Assembly (NCBI GenBank): GCA_017550745.1
Contig: JAFZOG010000137.1
Coordinates: forward strand, 27,291-91,290
Reading direction: 5' to 3'
Length of the DNA stretch: 64,000 nt
Source: Clostridia bacterium
GTDB taxonomy: Bacteria; Bacillota; Clostridia; Christensenellales; Aristaeellaceae
Shown here: in pieces, positions 1-9,748 of the stretch
Layout of the letters: each line of letters starts with the position of its first letter
Position numbering within the stretch: position 1 is the first letter of the stretch
Program-made: the position numbers and the translations under genes
The notes under the pieces: generated by a model
Database searches by the model: none
What the model saw: only the letters and a program-made list of their open reading frames with translations
What the model was told of the DNA's origin: nothing

Positions 1-750
1 GACGGCCTTGAACTCAACCGCTTCATGATCCACCCCACTTCTTTGCTGGTGAGGATGCTGACGAAGGCCGCCGGAATGCCCACGGGAAAAGGCGGGAAGC
101 TAAATTGGGCAAAGCTCATTAAGGAAAGCGGCCTTTCCGTCATCAGTCTGCATACGGATCTGGGCAGTCTCGAACGGGAACCGGAGAAAGTGATGGAGGA
201 CGCCAAAACCTTTGGCACGGATACCGTGGTCATCACCGGCATGTACCGCTTTGATTACAGCGATGAAAGCAACGTGCGGGAATTGGCTGCCCGGTTGAAC
301 AGGGCGGGAGCGGCGCTCAAACAAACAGGGCTTTCCCTGTTGTACCACAATCATAATGTGGAGCTTTTACAGGTAAAGCCCGGTCTGCAGGCGTATGACA
401 TTCTGCTTTCCGATACCGACCCTGAATTTGTGAATTTCGAGTTTGATTCCTATTGGTTCACCGACGGCGGCGCGGATGCGAAAGCCTGGATGCACCGGCT
501 GGGGAACCGCATGAAGCTGTGGCATATCACGGACCGGGGCTTTCGGCTGTCAGGCCCCGTCCTGACGCCCATCCTGAAAGCCGACAGTATGGAACTGGGC
601 ACAGGAAACATGGATTTGGACGGCATGAAAGAGATTGCCCTTGCCAACGGCATTCAGGCCGTGGTGCTGGAAAGCCACAAAAACTGGGTGGATAAAGACC
701 CAGTCAAGAGCCTGGAACTCAGTGCCCAATGGCTGAACGGGAGGTTTTGA
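1..750 (+). CDS. sugar phosphate isomerase/epimerase (xylose-isomerase-like TIM barrel), 5' end probably outside window
   Basis: Frame is open from base 1 (first ATG at 25), so the true start is likely upstream. The product shows blocks typical of this family (LLYHNHNVEL, FEFDSYWF, LWHITDR, VVLESH). Confidence 0.7.
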   Translation, partial: DGLELNRFMIHPTSLLVRMLTKAAGMPTGKGGKLNWAKLIKESGLSVISLHTDLGSLEREPEKVMEDAKTFGTDTVVITGMYRFDYSDESNVRELAARLNRAGAALKQTGLSLLYHNHNVELLQVKPGLQAYDILLSDTDPEFVNFEFDSYWFTDGGADAKAWMHRLGNRMKLWHITDRGFRLSGPVLTPILKADSMELGTGNMDLDGMKEIALANGIQAVVLESHKNWVDKDPVKSLELSAQWLNGRF

Positions 751-752
751 GC

Positions 753-3011
753 ATGGACAAGCGGATGCCCGAAAAATGGCTGGCGAAATGGATCGATCCC
801 GAGCTGCCCCATGACGAAGCGGAAAGACAGCCCGCCTCTTATCTGCGCCGCCGTTTCACCATGGAAAAGGCGGAAAACGCCTGCCTGTATATCACCTGCC
901 ACGGGCTCTATACCGCTTTTCTCAATGGGCGGCGCGTGGGTGATTTTGTTCTCGCTCCCGGCACGGGGGATTACCGCAAGCGGTTGACAGTACAGTGCTA
1001 CGATGTGTCCTCCCTCCTGCGGGAAGGAGAAAACGAATTGACCGTCACCTTAGGCGACGGCTGGTATCGGGGCAATGTGGGCGTGGACGGGCTGAGCAAT
1101 TACTATGGATCGGATATCGCTTTGCTGTGCCAGCTGGAAGTGAACGGCAAGCCCTGTCTGATCAGTGATGAAAGCTGGGAAGCCAGTCAGAATGGACCTA
1201 CATGCCTGAACGACCTGCAAATCGGCGAAAGCTATGACGCCCGGATGGAGAAGATCACAGGCTGGCATGGCTTGATTGTCCGGGACTTTGGGTTTTCCAA
1301 TCTGGCTCCAACGGAAAGCGTACCCATTCTGGAACAGGAGCGCTTTCCGGGCAGGCTGTTCAAAACACCAAACGGAGAAACCGTCCTTGATTTCGGTCAG
1401 AACCTGGCGGGCTATACGGAACTGCGTGTTATGGCAAAAGCAGGTCAGAGAATCACCCTCTGGCACGGTGAAACGCTGGATGAAAACGGCAATTTCACCC
1501 AAAGTAATTTTGATCCCGGCGAGCGCAACAAGAGCGGCATTCCCCAGCGGCTGGATTATATCTGCAAGGATGGACTGAACGTTTGGAAACCCAGTTTTAC
1601 GATCTTTGGTTTCCGTTACGCGAAAATTGAAACAGACATGGATCTGACGGACGCTTCCTTCACCGCTATTGCCGTCTATTCGCGGATGCCGCAGACCGGC
1701 TTCTTTGAATGCGGGAATGAGGATGTGAACCGCCTGTTTCGGAGCAGCCTGTGGAGCATGAAATCCAACTTCTGCGATATTCCCACCGACTGCCCCACCC
1801 GGGAGAGGGCAGGCTGGACGGGGGACGCGGGCGTATTCGCCCCCACCGCCGTGTACCTGGCGGATTGTTACCCCATCCTGCGCAAATGGTTGGGTGAATG
1901 CCGTCTGGCGCAGGGAGAAGACGGCCTCGTGCAGAATATCGCCCCGGTCAATAACACGGGCAGTATGATTTCCAATATGCTGCAAGGCTCTGCGGGTTGG
2001 GGCGACGCCTGTATCCTGGTCCCCTGGGCGCTGTATCAGGCATACGGCAGAACGGAGATCCTGAAAGAAAACTATGATATGATGCGCCGTTGGCTGGATT
2101 TCTGCGGGAAGCGCGCTGCCAGCGCCACCCGCCCGCAGAACGAAAGCAATCCCTGGAAGGAATATCTGGCGGATCAGGGCTTTCATTTCGGCGAATGGTG
2201 CCAGCCGGACATCGACAACACCGAGGCCATGAAAAAGGCCATGATGTCAGGCGCGCCGGAGGTCGCTACGGCTTACTATTTCCATTCCGCTTTCCTGCTG
2301 TCTGAAATCGCAAGAATCTTAGACAAAACAGAAGACGCGGAAAAATACGCTGCTCTGGCGGACGATATAAAAAAAGCCTATCGTTTCACCTGCACAAAGG
2401 AAGGGAAAATTGAATCTGATCGCCAATGCGACTACGTGAGGCCCATCGCTTTTGGGCTGCTGGAAGCGGAAGAAGAACAGCGGGCGGCGGATGATCTCAA
2501 TGAACTGGTGATTCAAAATGGGTATCATCTGAACACCGGCTTCCTTTCCACACCTGATCTCTGTCGGGTATTATCCGATCATGGCCATGTGGATACGGCC
2601 TATCGCCTGCTCCTGCAGGAGGACTGTCCCGGCTGGCTTTACGCCGTAAAACGCGGCGCGACCACGATTTGGGAAACCTGGGACGGCATCCGATCCGACG
2701 GCACGGTGCACGATTCGCTGAACCATTATTCCTACGGGGCCATCACCGGCTGGCTGTTCAGCGGTGTGTGCGGCATCCGTATGGCGGCGGGAAAACTGCT
2801 GATCCGTCCCTGCCCGCATCCCGCTCTGGGCCATGCTTCCGCGCAATGGGATTCCCCCTATGGCCGCATTGAAAGCGCCTGGCGGTATGAAGGCGAAAGC
2901 CTGATGCTTGACGTAACGATTCCCGAAAACGTGCAGGCGGACATCCTGTGGCCGGACGGAAGAGCGGAACGCTCCGCTGCCGGACATTATCACCGGGAAA
3001 TAGGGGGCTGA
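753..3011 (+). CDS. alpha-L-rhamnosidase, glycoside hydrolase family 78
   Basis: ATG 753 is preceded by GGGAGG with an 8-nt spacer; the track start 729 overlaps the upstream gene. GH78 hallmarks are present: GFRYAKIE and DIPTDCPTRERAGWTGDAG. Confidence 0.85.
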   Translation: MDKRMPEKWLAKWIDPELPHDEAERQPASYLRRRFTMEKAENACLYITCHGLYTAFLNGRRVGDFVLAPGTGDYRKRLTVQCYDVSSLLREGENELTVTLGDGWYRGNVGVDGLSNYYGSDIALLCQLEVNGKPCLISDESWEASQNGPTCLNDLQIGESYDARMEKITGWHGLIVRDFGFSNLAPTESVPILEQERFPGRLFKTPNGETVLDFGQNLAGYTELRVMAKAGQRITLWHGETLDENGNFTQSNFDPGERNKSGIPQRLDYICKDGLNVWKPSFTIFGFRYAKIETDMDLTDASFTAIAVYSRMPQTGFFECGNEDVNRLFRSSLWSMKSNFCDIPTDCPTRERAGWTGDAGVFAPTAVYLADCYPILRKWLGECRLAQGEDGLVQNIAPVNNTGSMISNMLQGSAGWGDACILVPWALYQAYGRTEILKENYDMMRRWLDFCGKRAASATRPQNESNPWKEYLADQGFHFGEWCQPDIDNTEAMKKAMMSGAPEVATAYYFHSAFLLSEIARILDKTEDAEKYAALADDIKKAYRFTCTKEGKIESDRQCDYVRPIAFGLLEAEEEQRAADDLNELVIQNGYHLNTGFLSTPDLCRVLSDHGHVDTAYRLLLQEDCPGWLYAVKRGATTIWETWDGIRSDGTVHDSLNHYSYGAITGWLFSGVCGIRMAAGKLLIRPCPHPALGHASAQWDSPYGRIESAWRYEGESLMLDVTIPENVQADILWPDGRAERSAAGHYHREIGG

Positions 3012-3014
3012 ACC

Positions 3015-4805
3015 ATGGAATACATCTGCAATCCGGTCAACATCAATTACCGCTATCAGTTCAACGCTGACCCGCGCTTGCACGGACAGATGCAAATCTG
3101 CCGGGAAGCCGCCGATCCTTCTATGATCTGCTTCCAGGGACGGTATTACATCTTCGCCTCCATGACGCTGGGCGTGTGGGTTTCCGATGATCTGACACAT
3201 TGGGAAAACCACCGCCTGCCTCACGAATTACCCCTCTACGATTACGCGCCGGACGTGCGGGTCATGGGCGACTGGGTGTATTTCTGCGCTTCCCGCAGGG
3301 AAGAAAACTGCGACCGCTGGCGCACAAAAGACATTCTGAACGGCCCCTATGAGAAGCTCGAAGGCTCCTTCCCCTTCTGGGACCCGAACCTGTTCATTGA
3401 TGACGACGGGCGGGCGTATTTCTATTGGGGGTGCTCCAATATCACACCGATTTGGGGTGTAGAGCTCGATAAAGAAACCATGCTGCCCTTGGGCGATAAG
3501 CGTGTGCTCATCGAAGGGCATCCCTTTGAAATCGGTTATGAGCGGATCGGCGAGGATAACAGCCAGCTTCCCGCTTCGGACGATGAAATCGAAGCGGGTT
3601 ATCGGGCATTTATTCTGCGCCAGGGCGTGCCGGAGGCACAGCTTCCACCCGAGGTCAGGCCGCTGATCCGCGGTATGTTCTCCCGAAAGCCCTACATTGA
3701 GGGAGCCTGGATGGACAAGCATAACGGCACATACTATTTGCAGTACGCCGCGCCCGGCACACAGTACAATACCTATTCTGACGGGGTATATGTATCGGAT
3801 CATCCCATGGGGCAATTTCGGCTTGCAAAGAATAATCCGTATTCCTATAAGCCCGGCGGATTCCTGCCCGGCGCGGGCCACGGCAGCACCATGCGGGATA
3901 TACGGGGCAATTGGTGGCATACGGCTACCATGCGCATCTCCGTCAACCACGATTTTGAACGCAGAGTGGGCATCTGGCCCGCGGGCTTTGACGCGGAGGG
4001 GGAACTGTTCTGCAACCAGCGTTACGGTGACTGGCCCATGGCGGCAGAGGGTGACCCCTGGCGGAATCCGGCCTGGATGCTGCTGAGCGCGGGCAAACAG
4101 GCCGACGCTTCCTCCTGGATAAAGGGGCATGAGCACGGCAAAGCCACGGAAGAAAACGCACAGACCTGGTGGCAGGCGGCTTCCAACGATCGGAAGGAAT
4201 GGCTGCAAATCGACCTGGGCAAGCCCATGTTTGTCCACGCGGTGCAGATCAATTTCGCCGATGACAAAATTGACATTCCCTGTCCTGGAAAAATCATGGG
4301 CGGCAGTCAGGCACGTTATATCGAAGAACGGGATCTGCTGACCCAATGGAAGCTGGAAGCCTCCCTGGACGGTGAAGCCTGGTTTGTGGTGGAAGATAAA
4401 TCCAGTGCGCAAACCGACTTATCCCATGATCTGATCGTTCGGGAAGACGGTTTTTCCGCCCGGTATCTGAAGCTCTCCGATCTATCCGTTCCTTACGGAC
4501 AAAAGCCCTGCATATCCGGCCTGCGGGTTTTCGGCCTGGGGCAGGGAGAGAAACCCTCGATCCCCGTTTTCACCGCGAAGCGTACAGGCGATTTGGATAT
4601 GACGGTGAGTATCACGGCCCAGGCTGACACGGTGGGCTATAATATCCTGTTCGGCGAACGCCCGGACAAGCTGTATCACAGCTATATGGTTTTTGAGCCG
4701 GGAGAAAAGCGCGTCGGCGCACTGATCCGTGGACGGGAATATTTTGTGCGGGTGGACGCTTTCAATGAATGCGGCATCTCCGAAGGAAACTGCGTGAAAC
4801 TGTAA
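3015..4805 (+). CDS. glycoside hydrolase family 43 enzyme with F5/8 type C (discoidin/CBM32-like) module
   Basis: GH43 propeller signatures (CREAADPSM, WDPNLFIDDDG, YIEGAWM) are followed by the discoidin-like block TWWQAASNDRKEWLQIDLG...VQINF. Confidence 0.75.
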   Translation: MEYICNPVNINYRYQFNADPRLHGQMQICREAADPSMICFQGRYYIFASMTLGVWVSDDLTHWENHRLPHELPLYDYAPDVRVMGDWVYFCASRREENCDRWRTKDILNGPYEKLEGSFPFWDPNLFIDDDGRAYFYWGCSNITPIWGVELDKETMLPLGDKRVLIEGHPFEIGYERIGEDNSQLPASDDEIEAGYRAFILRQGVPEAQLPPEVRPLIRGMFSRKPYIEGAWMDKHNGTYYLQYAAPGTQYNTYSDGVYVSDHPMGQFRLAKNNPYSYKPGGFLPGAGHGSTMRDIRGNWWHTATMRISVNHDFERRVGIWPAGFDAEGELFCNQRYGDWPMAAEGDPWRNPAWMLLSAGKQADASSWIKGHEHGKATEENAQTWWQAASNDRKEWLQIDLGKPMFVHAVQINFADDKIDIPCPGKIMGGSQARYIEERDLLTQWKLEASLDGEAWFVVEDKSSAQTDLSHDLIVREDGFSARYLKLSDLSVPYGQKPCISGLRVFGLGQGEKPSIPVFTAKRTGDLDMTVSITAQADTVGYNILFGERPDKLYHSYMVFEPGEKRVGALIRGREYFVRVDAFNECGISEGNCVKL

Positions 4806-4818
4806 GGAGGACAAGAGC

Positions 4819-6117
4819 ATGGCTTTTCCGAAAGGATTCCTGATCGGCGCCGCCACGGCGGCGCACCAGGTAGAGGGCAACAATATCCACAGCGATTATT
4901 GGGCGCAGGAGCAGATGCCCCATTCCAGCTTTACCGAGCCCAGTGGGTTGGCCTGCGACCATTACAACCGCTATGAGGAGGACATCCGGCTGCTGGCGGA
5001 CGCCGGGCTGAACGCCTACCGCTTTTCCGTCGAATGGGCCCGGATCGAGCCGGAAGAAGGAAAATTCGACGAAGCGGAAATTAAGCACTATCGGAAGGTG
5101 ATCGCCTGCTGCAAACAGCATGGCGTGGAACCTATCGTGACCCTGATGCACTTCACCAGCCCGGTGTGGCTGATTCAGAAGGGCGGCTGGGAAGCGGAAA
5201 GCACAGTTGCGTATTTCAGGCGCTACGCCGCGTATGTGACCGAAAGGCTGGGCGTCGAACTGCGATATATCTGCACGATCAACGAGGCCAACATGGGCTT
5301 GCAGCTTGCCGCCATCTCCCGCCGTTTCCGACTGATGGCGGAGCAGGCCCAGAAGCGTCAGGCGGAAGCGGGCAAAGCGGCGGAAGGCACCGTACAGGTG
5401 GGCATGAACTTCCAGAAGATGATGGAAAACATGAAATACGCCGCCATGGAAAACGCCCAGGTGTTCGGCACGCCCGATCCGAAGGTTTTCGTTTCCGCCC
5501 GCACCCCCGCAGGGGATGACCTGGTATTTCGCGCCCATCAGGCGGCAAAAGAAGCCATCAAGTCCATCTATCCGGAGATCAAAGTGGGCATTACCCTGTC
5601 TCTGCATGATTTGCAGGCCCTTCCCGGCGGGGAAAAATATGCCGAGGACGCCTGGAATGAAGAATTCCGCCACTATCTGCCGTACATCCAGGGAGACGAC
5701 TTCCTGGGCGTGCAGAATTATACGCGCACCCAGTACGGCCCCCAGGGACAGCTTCCCTGTCCTGAAGGCGCTGAACTCACCCAAATGGACTATGAATTCT
5801 ATCCTGAAGCGTTGGAGCATGTCCTTCGCCGGGCACATGAAGCTTTCAAGGGCGATCTGATTGTCACGGAAAACGGCATTGCCACCGCTGACGACAGGCG
5901 CAGGGTGGAGTTTATTCAGCGGGCATTGCAGGGAGTCCAAAACTGTCTGGACGATGATATTCCCATCAAAGGCTATTGCCATTGGAGCCTGCTGGATAAT
6001 TTTGAATGGCAGAAGGGCTTTTCCATGACTTTCGGGCTGATTGCGGTGGATCGGCGGTCGATGGAAAGAACGCCAAAAGCAAGCCTTCGGTATTTGGGCA
6101 GTTGGATTGGAGAATAA
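4819..6117 (+). CDS. GH1 beta-glucosidase/beta-glycosidase
   Basis: AAGGAGG lies 8 nt upstream. GH1 signatures are present: FPKGFLIGAATAAHQVEGN, TINEANM (acid/base Glu), VTENGIA (nucleophile Glu) and WSLLDNFEW. Confidence 0.85.
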   Translation: MAFPKGFLIGAATAAHQVEGNNIHSDYWAQEQMPHSSFTEPSGLACDHYNRYEEDIRLLADAGLNAYRFSVEWARIEPEEGKFDEAEIKHYRKVIACCKQHGVEPIVTLMHFTSPVWLIQKGGWEAESTVAYFRRYAAYVTERLGVELRYICTINEANMGLQLAAISRRFRLMAEQAQKRQAEAGKAAEGTVQVGMNFQKMMENMKYAAMENAQVFGTPDPKVFVSARTPAGDDLVFRAHQAAKEAIKSIYPEIKVGITLSLHDLQALPGGEKYAEDAWNEEFRHYLPYIQGDDFLGVQNYTRTQYGPQGQLPCPEGAELTQMDYEFYPEALEHVLRRAHEAFKGDLIVTENGIATADDRRRVEFIQRALQGVQNCLDDDIPIKGYCHWSLLDNFEWQKGFSMTFGLIAVDRRSMERTPKASLRYLGSWIGE

Positions 6118-6127
6118 CCGCCTGTAT

Positions 6128-6166
6128 AAAAAAGGGGGTGACTACAAATGAAGCCCCCCTTTTTTG
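6128..6166. terminator. rho-independent terminator after the GH cluster
   Basis: AAAGGGGG-16 nt loop-CCCCCTTT hairpin flanked by an A-run and a T-run (AAAAAAGGGGG...CCCCCCTTTTTTG), so it could act in both directions. Confidence 0.6.
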
Positions 6167-6365
6167 CGCCCCTACATCTATTTCTTTCGTTAAATTGTAT
6201 CAAAATGCAATACTACACAGCTATGTAGTTGCTGATTTTGATGCAATGGATAATTGAATTGTAGCATGGAAACCTCAAGAACTATTAGGATTCCTGCGGA
6301 TAGGGTGTGAAATATTTAAGCATTTCACCTTTGCTTCGCCGCACTGCTGGAGATAAACTTCCTGT

Positions 6366-6620
6366 TCATGATTCGTGAGCAAGGTCATACAGCTTCTGAA
6401 TCTTTGGCGGCAGTTGATCCGGCAGCATGGCGCTGATTCCGTCTTCGTTTCCGTCCCGCGTTGCTGTTTCGTAATACCAGCATTTGAACCGGATCATGGC
6501 CAGCGTTTTTTCAAACTGCCGCATTTCTTCCTCTACGGCGGCTTTTCTGTCTTCAAACAATTGCTTTCGCAGGGCATAGGTGGCGCTGCCCTCCCTGACC
6601 CACGCCATGAACTGTATCAT
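6366..6620 (-). pseudogene. MerR-family regulator remnant (C-terminal part only, N-terminal HTH missing)
   Basis: The 84-aa ORF matches only the coiled-coil/effector end of Firmicutes MerR proteins (…IRFKCWYYETA…). An in-frame stop lies 2 codons upstream of its ATG, and upstream DNA is AT-rich and non-coding. Confidence 0.5.
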
Positions 6621-6951
6621 GGCGAATTAGTTGTCAAGGGGGGAAAATAAAAACACAGGTTAAATAAAAACAATAGGGCTCCTTCGCCTATACGACGTGG
6701 AGCTTTAGGGCTTTAAACAGGATTTGACATTCAGGGAACCCTCTTGAATAGTAATTGCAGTATGTAATCCATATTATAACGAAGAAAAAACGATCAAAAC
6801 CTTCAATATGCAAAAAAAGTGTGACATTCTGAAACACACCCCTTTACATTCTTCATTTGCATACGATATAATTGGATCTGAAGTACGAACAAGGGCGGAT
6901 TATATGCCGTGCTGGTGTACTTCAAAAAACATTCAAAAGATAAAAAAGGGC

Positions 6952-6979
6952 TTGACAAGCATGATCGACAGAATAAAAT
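6952..6979 (+). promoter_or_regulatory. sigma-70-like promoter TTGACA-N16-TAAAAT
   Basis: TTGACA at 6952-6957 and TAAAAT at 6974-6979. The predicted start falls at the beginning of the heptamer repeat. Confidence 0.4.
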
Positions 6980-6982
6980 TTT

Positions 6983-7012
6983 CAGGAAGCAGGAAGCAGG
7001 AAGCAGGAAGCA
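6983..7012 (+). repeat. heptanucleotide tandem repeat (AGGAAGC) x4
   Basis: Direct reading gives cAGGAAGCAGGAAGCAGGAAGCAGGAAGCa. The repeat is non-coding and lies between the candidate promoter and the hairpin terminator. Confidence 0.95.
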
Positions 7013-7044
7013 TAAGCCTGTTCTTTTTGAATACCCATTAAAAT

Positions 7045-7097
7045 ACCGCTTCGTACCTTTGAAGTTATTCTTCATTGGAAACGGAGCGGTTTTGTTG
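7045..7097 (+). terminator. intrinsic terminator / attenuator in the leader of the glycosyltransferase gene
   Basis: ACCGCTTCGT (7045-7054) pairs with ACGGAGCGGT (7081-7090), 10 bp including one G-U. An inner TGAAG/CTTCA stem is present and TTTGTTG follows. Confidence 0.6.
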
Positions 7098-7219
7098 TAC
7101 TCTTAGCGAGTTTTAGAAGACATGATACCTTGCTCATTGAACAACTATGAGATAATGCAATTGCTGTTTCAGAAAAAACGACAAGAAAAGCGCATGGTGG
7201 ATACTGAAAGGAGAAAAAC

Positions 7220-9748
7220 ATGAAACCGAATGTTTCTATCATTATTATCGCTTTTAATGACGAAGCCCACGTTGAAAAGGCCATTCAAAGCGCGCGTTCC
7301 CAGTTCCTGGAAAATATTGAAATCATCTGTGTGGATGACGGGTCAAAGGATAACACGTTACAGGTCATGCGGAGAATTGCGGCGGAGGACAATCGAATCA
7401 AGGTTGAAACGCAGTCAAACGGCGGCACCCTTTCCGCCAGGTATCTCGGCGTTCAGGCGGTAACGGCTGAATATGTGATGTTCCTGGACTCGGACGATAC
7501 GCTGGAGCCGGAAGCAGCGGAATTGCTGTACCAGGAAGCGGAGACAAAGCGCCTGGACATATTGGAATTTGGTGTTCATATCGTTGAGGATAAAGCGAAT
7601 CCGCCGTCCAAGGAAATGCTGGATTTTTTTGCGCGGTATTTCTCTGACGACCGCCCCTCTGTAAAAGGCTTGACCAGGGGAGAGTTGATATACGCTTGTT
7701 TTGGGCTGAAAAACATCAGCTGGAACGTGTGGAACAAACTGGTCCGGACAGAAAGAATGAAAGAAGCTTATGCTTATTACCGGGGCGAATATATCAACAT
7801 GGCGGAAGACATGCTGCTGACCCTGATGCTTCTGAGCGTGACCTCCCGCTATGAGCGGATAAACACCAAATTATACAATTATTCCTGCGGAGGAGGAATG
7901 TCGACCGCCAATTCGGACATCAGTTCCTCCGCCAGAGTGAAGCTGTACGGCGAGGTGTCACTTTTGCTTCGCCTGCAAAAAGAATGGATGGAACAAATGC
8001 CGAACCCGCCGAGCAACTCCGAAGCGGGCATTGGCGCGTTCCGCCGCCAGGTAAACGAAACTTTTCTGGGCAATCTGCTCTATTCGTGCGCGCCTTCCAA
8101 AAGGAAAGAAATGCTTGAATGGATTGGGGCGGGCATTCCCCAGAAAGATTTTTTTGAAGCGCTGATGGAATACCTCTATGTTGATAAACGGTTTCCAGTG
8201 GAAGATGCTGTCGTTGCATTACGCGGAAGCCTGGTAACAAAACCGACGATAAAAGAAGTCAAAACGGTGGGCATGTATTATTACCGGCTTTATAACGGCG
8301 GCATCGAGCGGGTGATGTCCCTGCTTTCCGTTGTGTTGAAGCGCGCCGGGTATCGCGTCGTGATCGTCACGGAGGAAGGGCCGACCGATTTGGATTATCC
8401 TTTGCCGGAGGATGTATGGCATGTCCGGCTGGGAAAGGGTTTCAGCAGCGAGCTGGAACGGGCAGCCCACTGGCAAACCGTCATCGAAGACGAAAAAATC
8501 GACGCGATGATTTACCATTCCTGGCTGGATCCCAATTTGCTGCTGGATTCTCTGGCGATCAAGTCAACAGGCGCTTCCCTGCTTGTGCATACGCACTCAT
8601 CGGCGGATTTCGCGCTCACGATTCCGGATCATCGCTGGGCCAGGCAGGATCGGGTTTACGCACTGGCGGACTGCATCGTTACCCTCTCCGAAATCGACCG
8701 TGCCTGGTGGAAAGCGCTGGGATACCGCTGTGCCAGCGTTCCCAACCCCTGCACCTTTGACCTTGAAAAGGTAAAGCCTGTCAGCCTGGAAAGTCAGGAT
8801 GTGCTGTGGGTCGGCAGGCTGGATCCCATGAAGCAGTACGAAGAAGCGTTTGAAATCGCGGAAATCGTTCACAGGGAGCTTCCGGATTTCCGCCTTCATA
8901 TTCTGGGGAAGGCGGAAACACAGGAGGAAACCGACCGGATCGTGAACAGTCTGTATGAACGGAAAATGTATTCATATATCATCTATGAAGGGTTCACCCA
9001 GAATGTCCTCCCGTACTATAAGCGGGCTTCAGTCCTTCTGTCCACGTCCAGCTGCGAAGGTTTTCCCATGACGTTTTTGGAAAGCAAGGCGCACGGGATT
9101 CCGATGGTGGCCTATGATTTGCCTTATGTGGATATGGTCAGGCATCCGAGAGGCATTCTGGTGGTGCCTCAAAAGGACAGAATGGCCGCGGCCAGGAAAA
9201 TCATTGCTCTGCTAAAGAACCCATCCCTCCGGGATGCCTTGGGGCAGGAAGCCAGGCACAGCGTGGAGGATTTCTACCGGGTGCCGCTGGAGGAAGTATG
9301 GCAGGGCATCCTGAACGGCGCCGTCACCGTGGATGACGCGCAGGAAGATCCCGCGCGCGAAAACCTTCGCATGGCGATGTCGCGGGCATTCGACGTGCTG
9401 GAGGTTGGAAAGGAAAAACAGCCTGTTATCAAGGAAGTTCCAGTGGAAGTCCGTGTCCCGTCGGAACCGATAATCGTAGAAGTACCCAAGCAGTCGGTCT
9501 ATACCGAGATGGCTTTACAGGAGCTGCTTAGGATCGCTCAAATCCGCTCCATGCGGCTCACTCATTTTTTCCGGCGCACCGTGAAGCAGGGGTTTAACCG
9601 TGATAGAGCGGAACGAAAGGCGTACAGGCGCTGGCTTTGGACGCTTCTGCGCCGCAAAGAGGACGAAACAAAGCTGGATCATCGGTACAATCCGCTGTAC
9701 AATGTCATTGGAATGCTTGAGCAGGATGTAAAAGCGAACAATTCATGA
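7220..9748 (+). CDS. two-domain glycosyltransferase (N-terminal GT2, central GT4/GT-B) with basic coiled C-terminal tail
   Basis: AAAGGAG RBS. GT2 motif VSIIIIAFNDE...IICVDDGSKDNT...LDSDD is followed by the GT4 motif STSSCEGFPMTFLESKAHGIPMVAYD, and the last ~130 aa are Arg/Lys-rich. Confidence 0.8.
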   Translation: MKPNVSIIIIAFNDEAHVEKAIQSARSQFLENIEIICVDDGSKDNTLQVMRRIAAEDNRIKVETQSNGGTLSARYLGVQAVTAEYVMFLDSDDTLEPEAAELLYQEAETKRLDILEFGVHIVEDKANPPSKEMLDFFARYFSDDRPSVKGLTRGELIYACFGLKNISWNVWNKLVRTERMKEAYAYYRGEYINMAEDMLLTLMLLSVTSRYERINTKLYNYSCGGGMSTANSDISSSARVKLYGEVSLLLRLQKEWMEQMPNPPSNSEAGIGAFRRQVNETFLGNLLYSCAPSKRKEMLEWIGAGIPQKDFFEALMEYLYVDKRFPVEDAVVALRGSLVTKPTIKEVKTVGMYYYRLYNGGIERVMSLLSVVLKRAGYRVVIVTEEGPTDLDYPLPEDVWHVRLGKGFSSELERAAHWQTVIEDEKIDAMIYHSWLDPNLLLDSLAIKSTGASLLVHTHSSADFALTIPDHRWARQDRVYALADCIVTLSEIDRAWWKALGYRCASVPNPCTFDLEKVKPVSLESQDVLWVGRLDPMKQYEEAFEIAEIVHRELPDFRLHILGKAETQEETDRIVNSLYERKMYSYIIYEGFTQNVLPYYKRASVLLSTSSCEGFPMTFLESKAHGIPMVAYDLPYVDMVRHPRGILVVPQKDRMAAARKIIALLKNPSLRDALGQEARHSVEDFYRVPLEEVWQGILNGAVTVDDAQEDPARENLRMAMSRAFDVLEVGKEKQPVIKEVPVEVRVPSEPIIVEVPKQSVYTEMALQELLRIAQIRSMRLTHFFRRTVKQGFNRDRAERKAYRRWLWTLLRRKEDETKLDHRYNPLYNVIGMLEQDVKANNS

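Noticed and set aside
1050-5982. Several 378-406-aa minus-strand ORFs (1050-2186, 3228-4412, 4762-5982)
   Set aside because: Each is antisense to a GH78, GH43 or GH1 gene carrying family signatures. They are shadow ORFs.
6983-7012. CRISPR array or coding microsatellite
   Set aside because: It is only four 7-nt units with no spacers and lies outside any credible ORF. It is a simple tandem repeat in a leader region.
6803-7284. Overlapping 65-90-aa ORFs in the AT-rich junction
   Set aside because: They are mutually overlapping on both strands, low-complexity (Lys/Phe/Ser-rich) and lack RBSs. They span the heptamer repeat and the terminator hairpin, so the region is more plausibly non-coding regulatory DNA.
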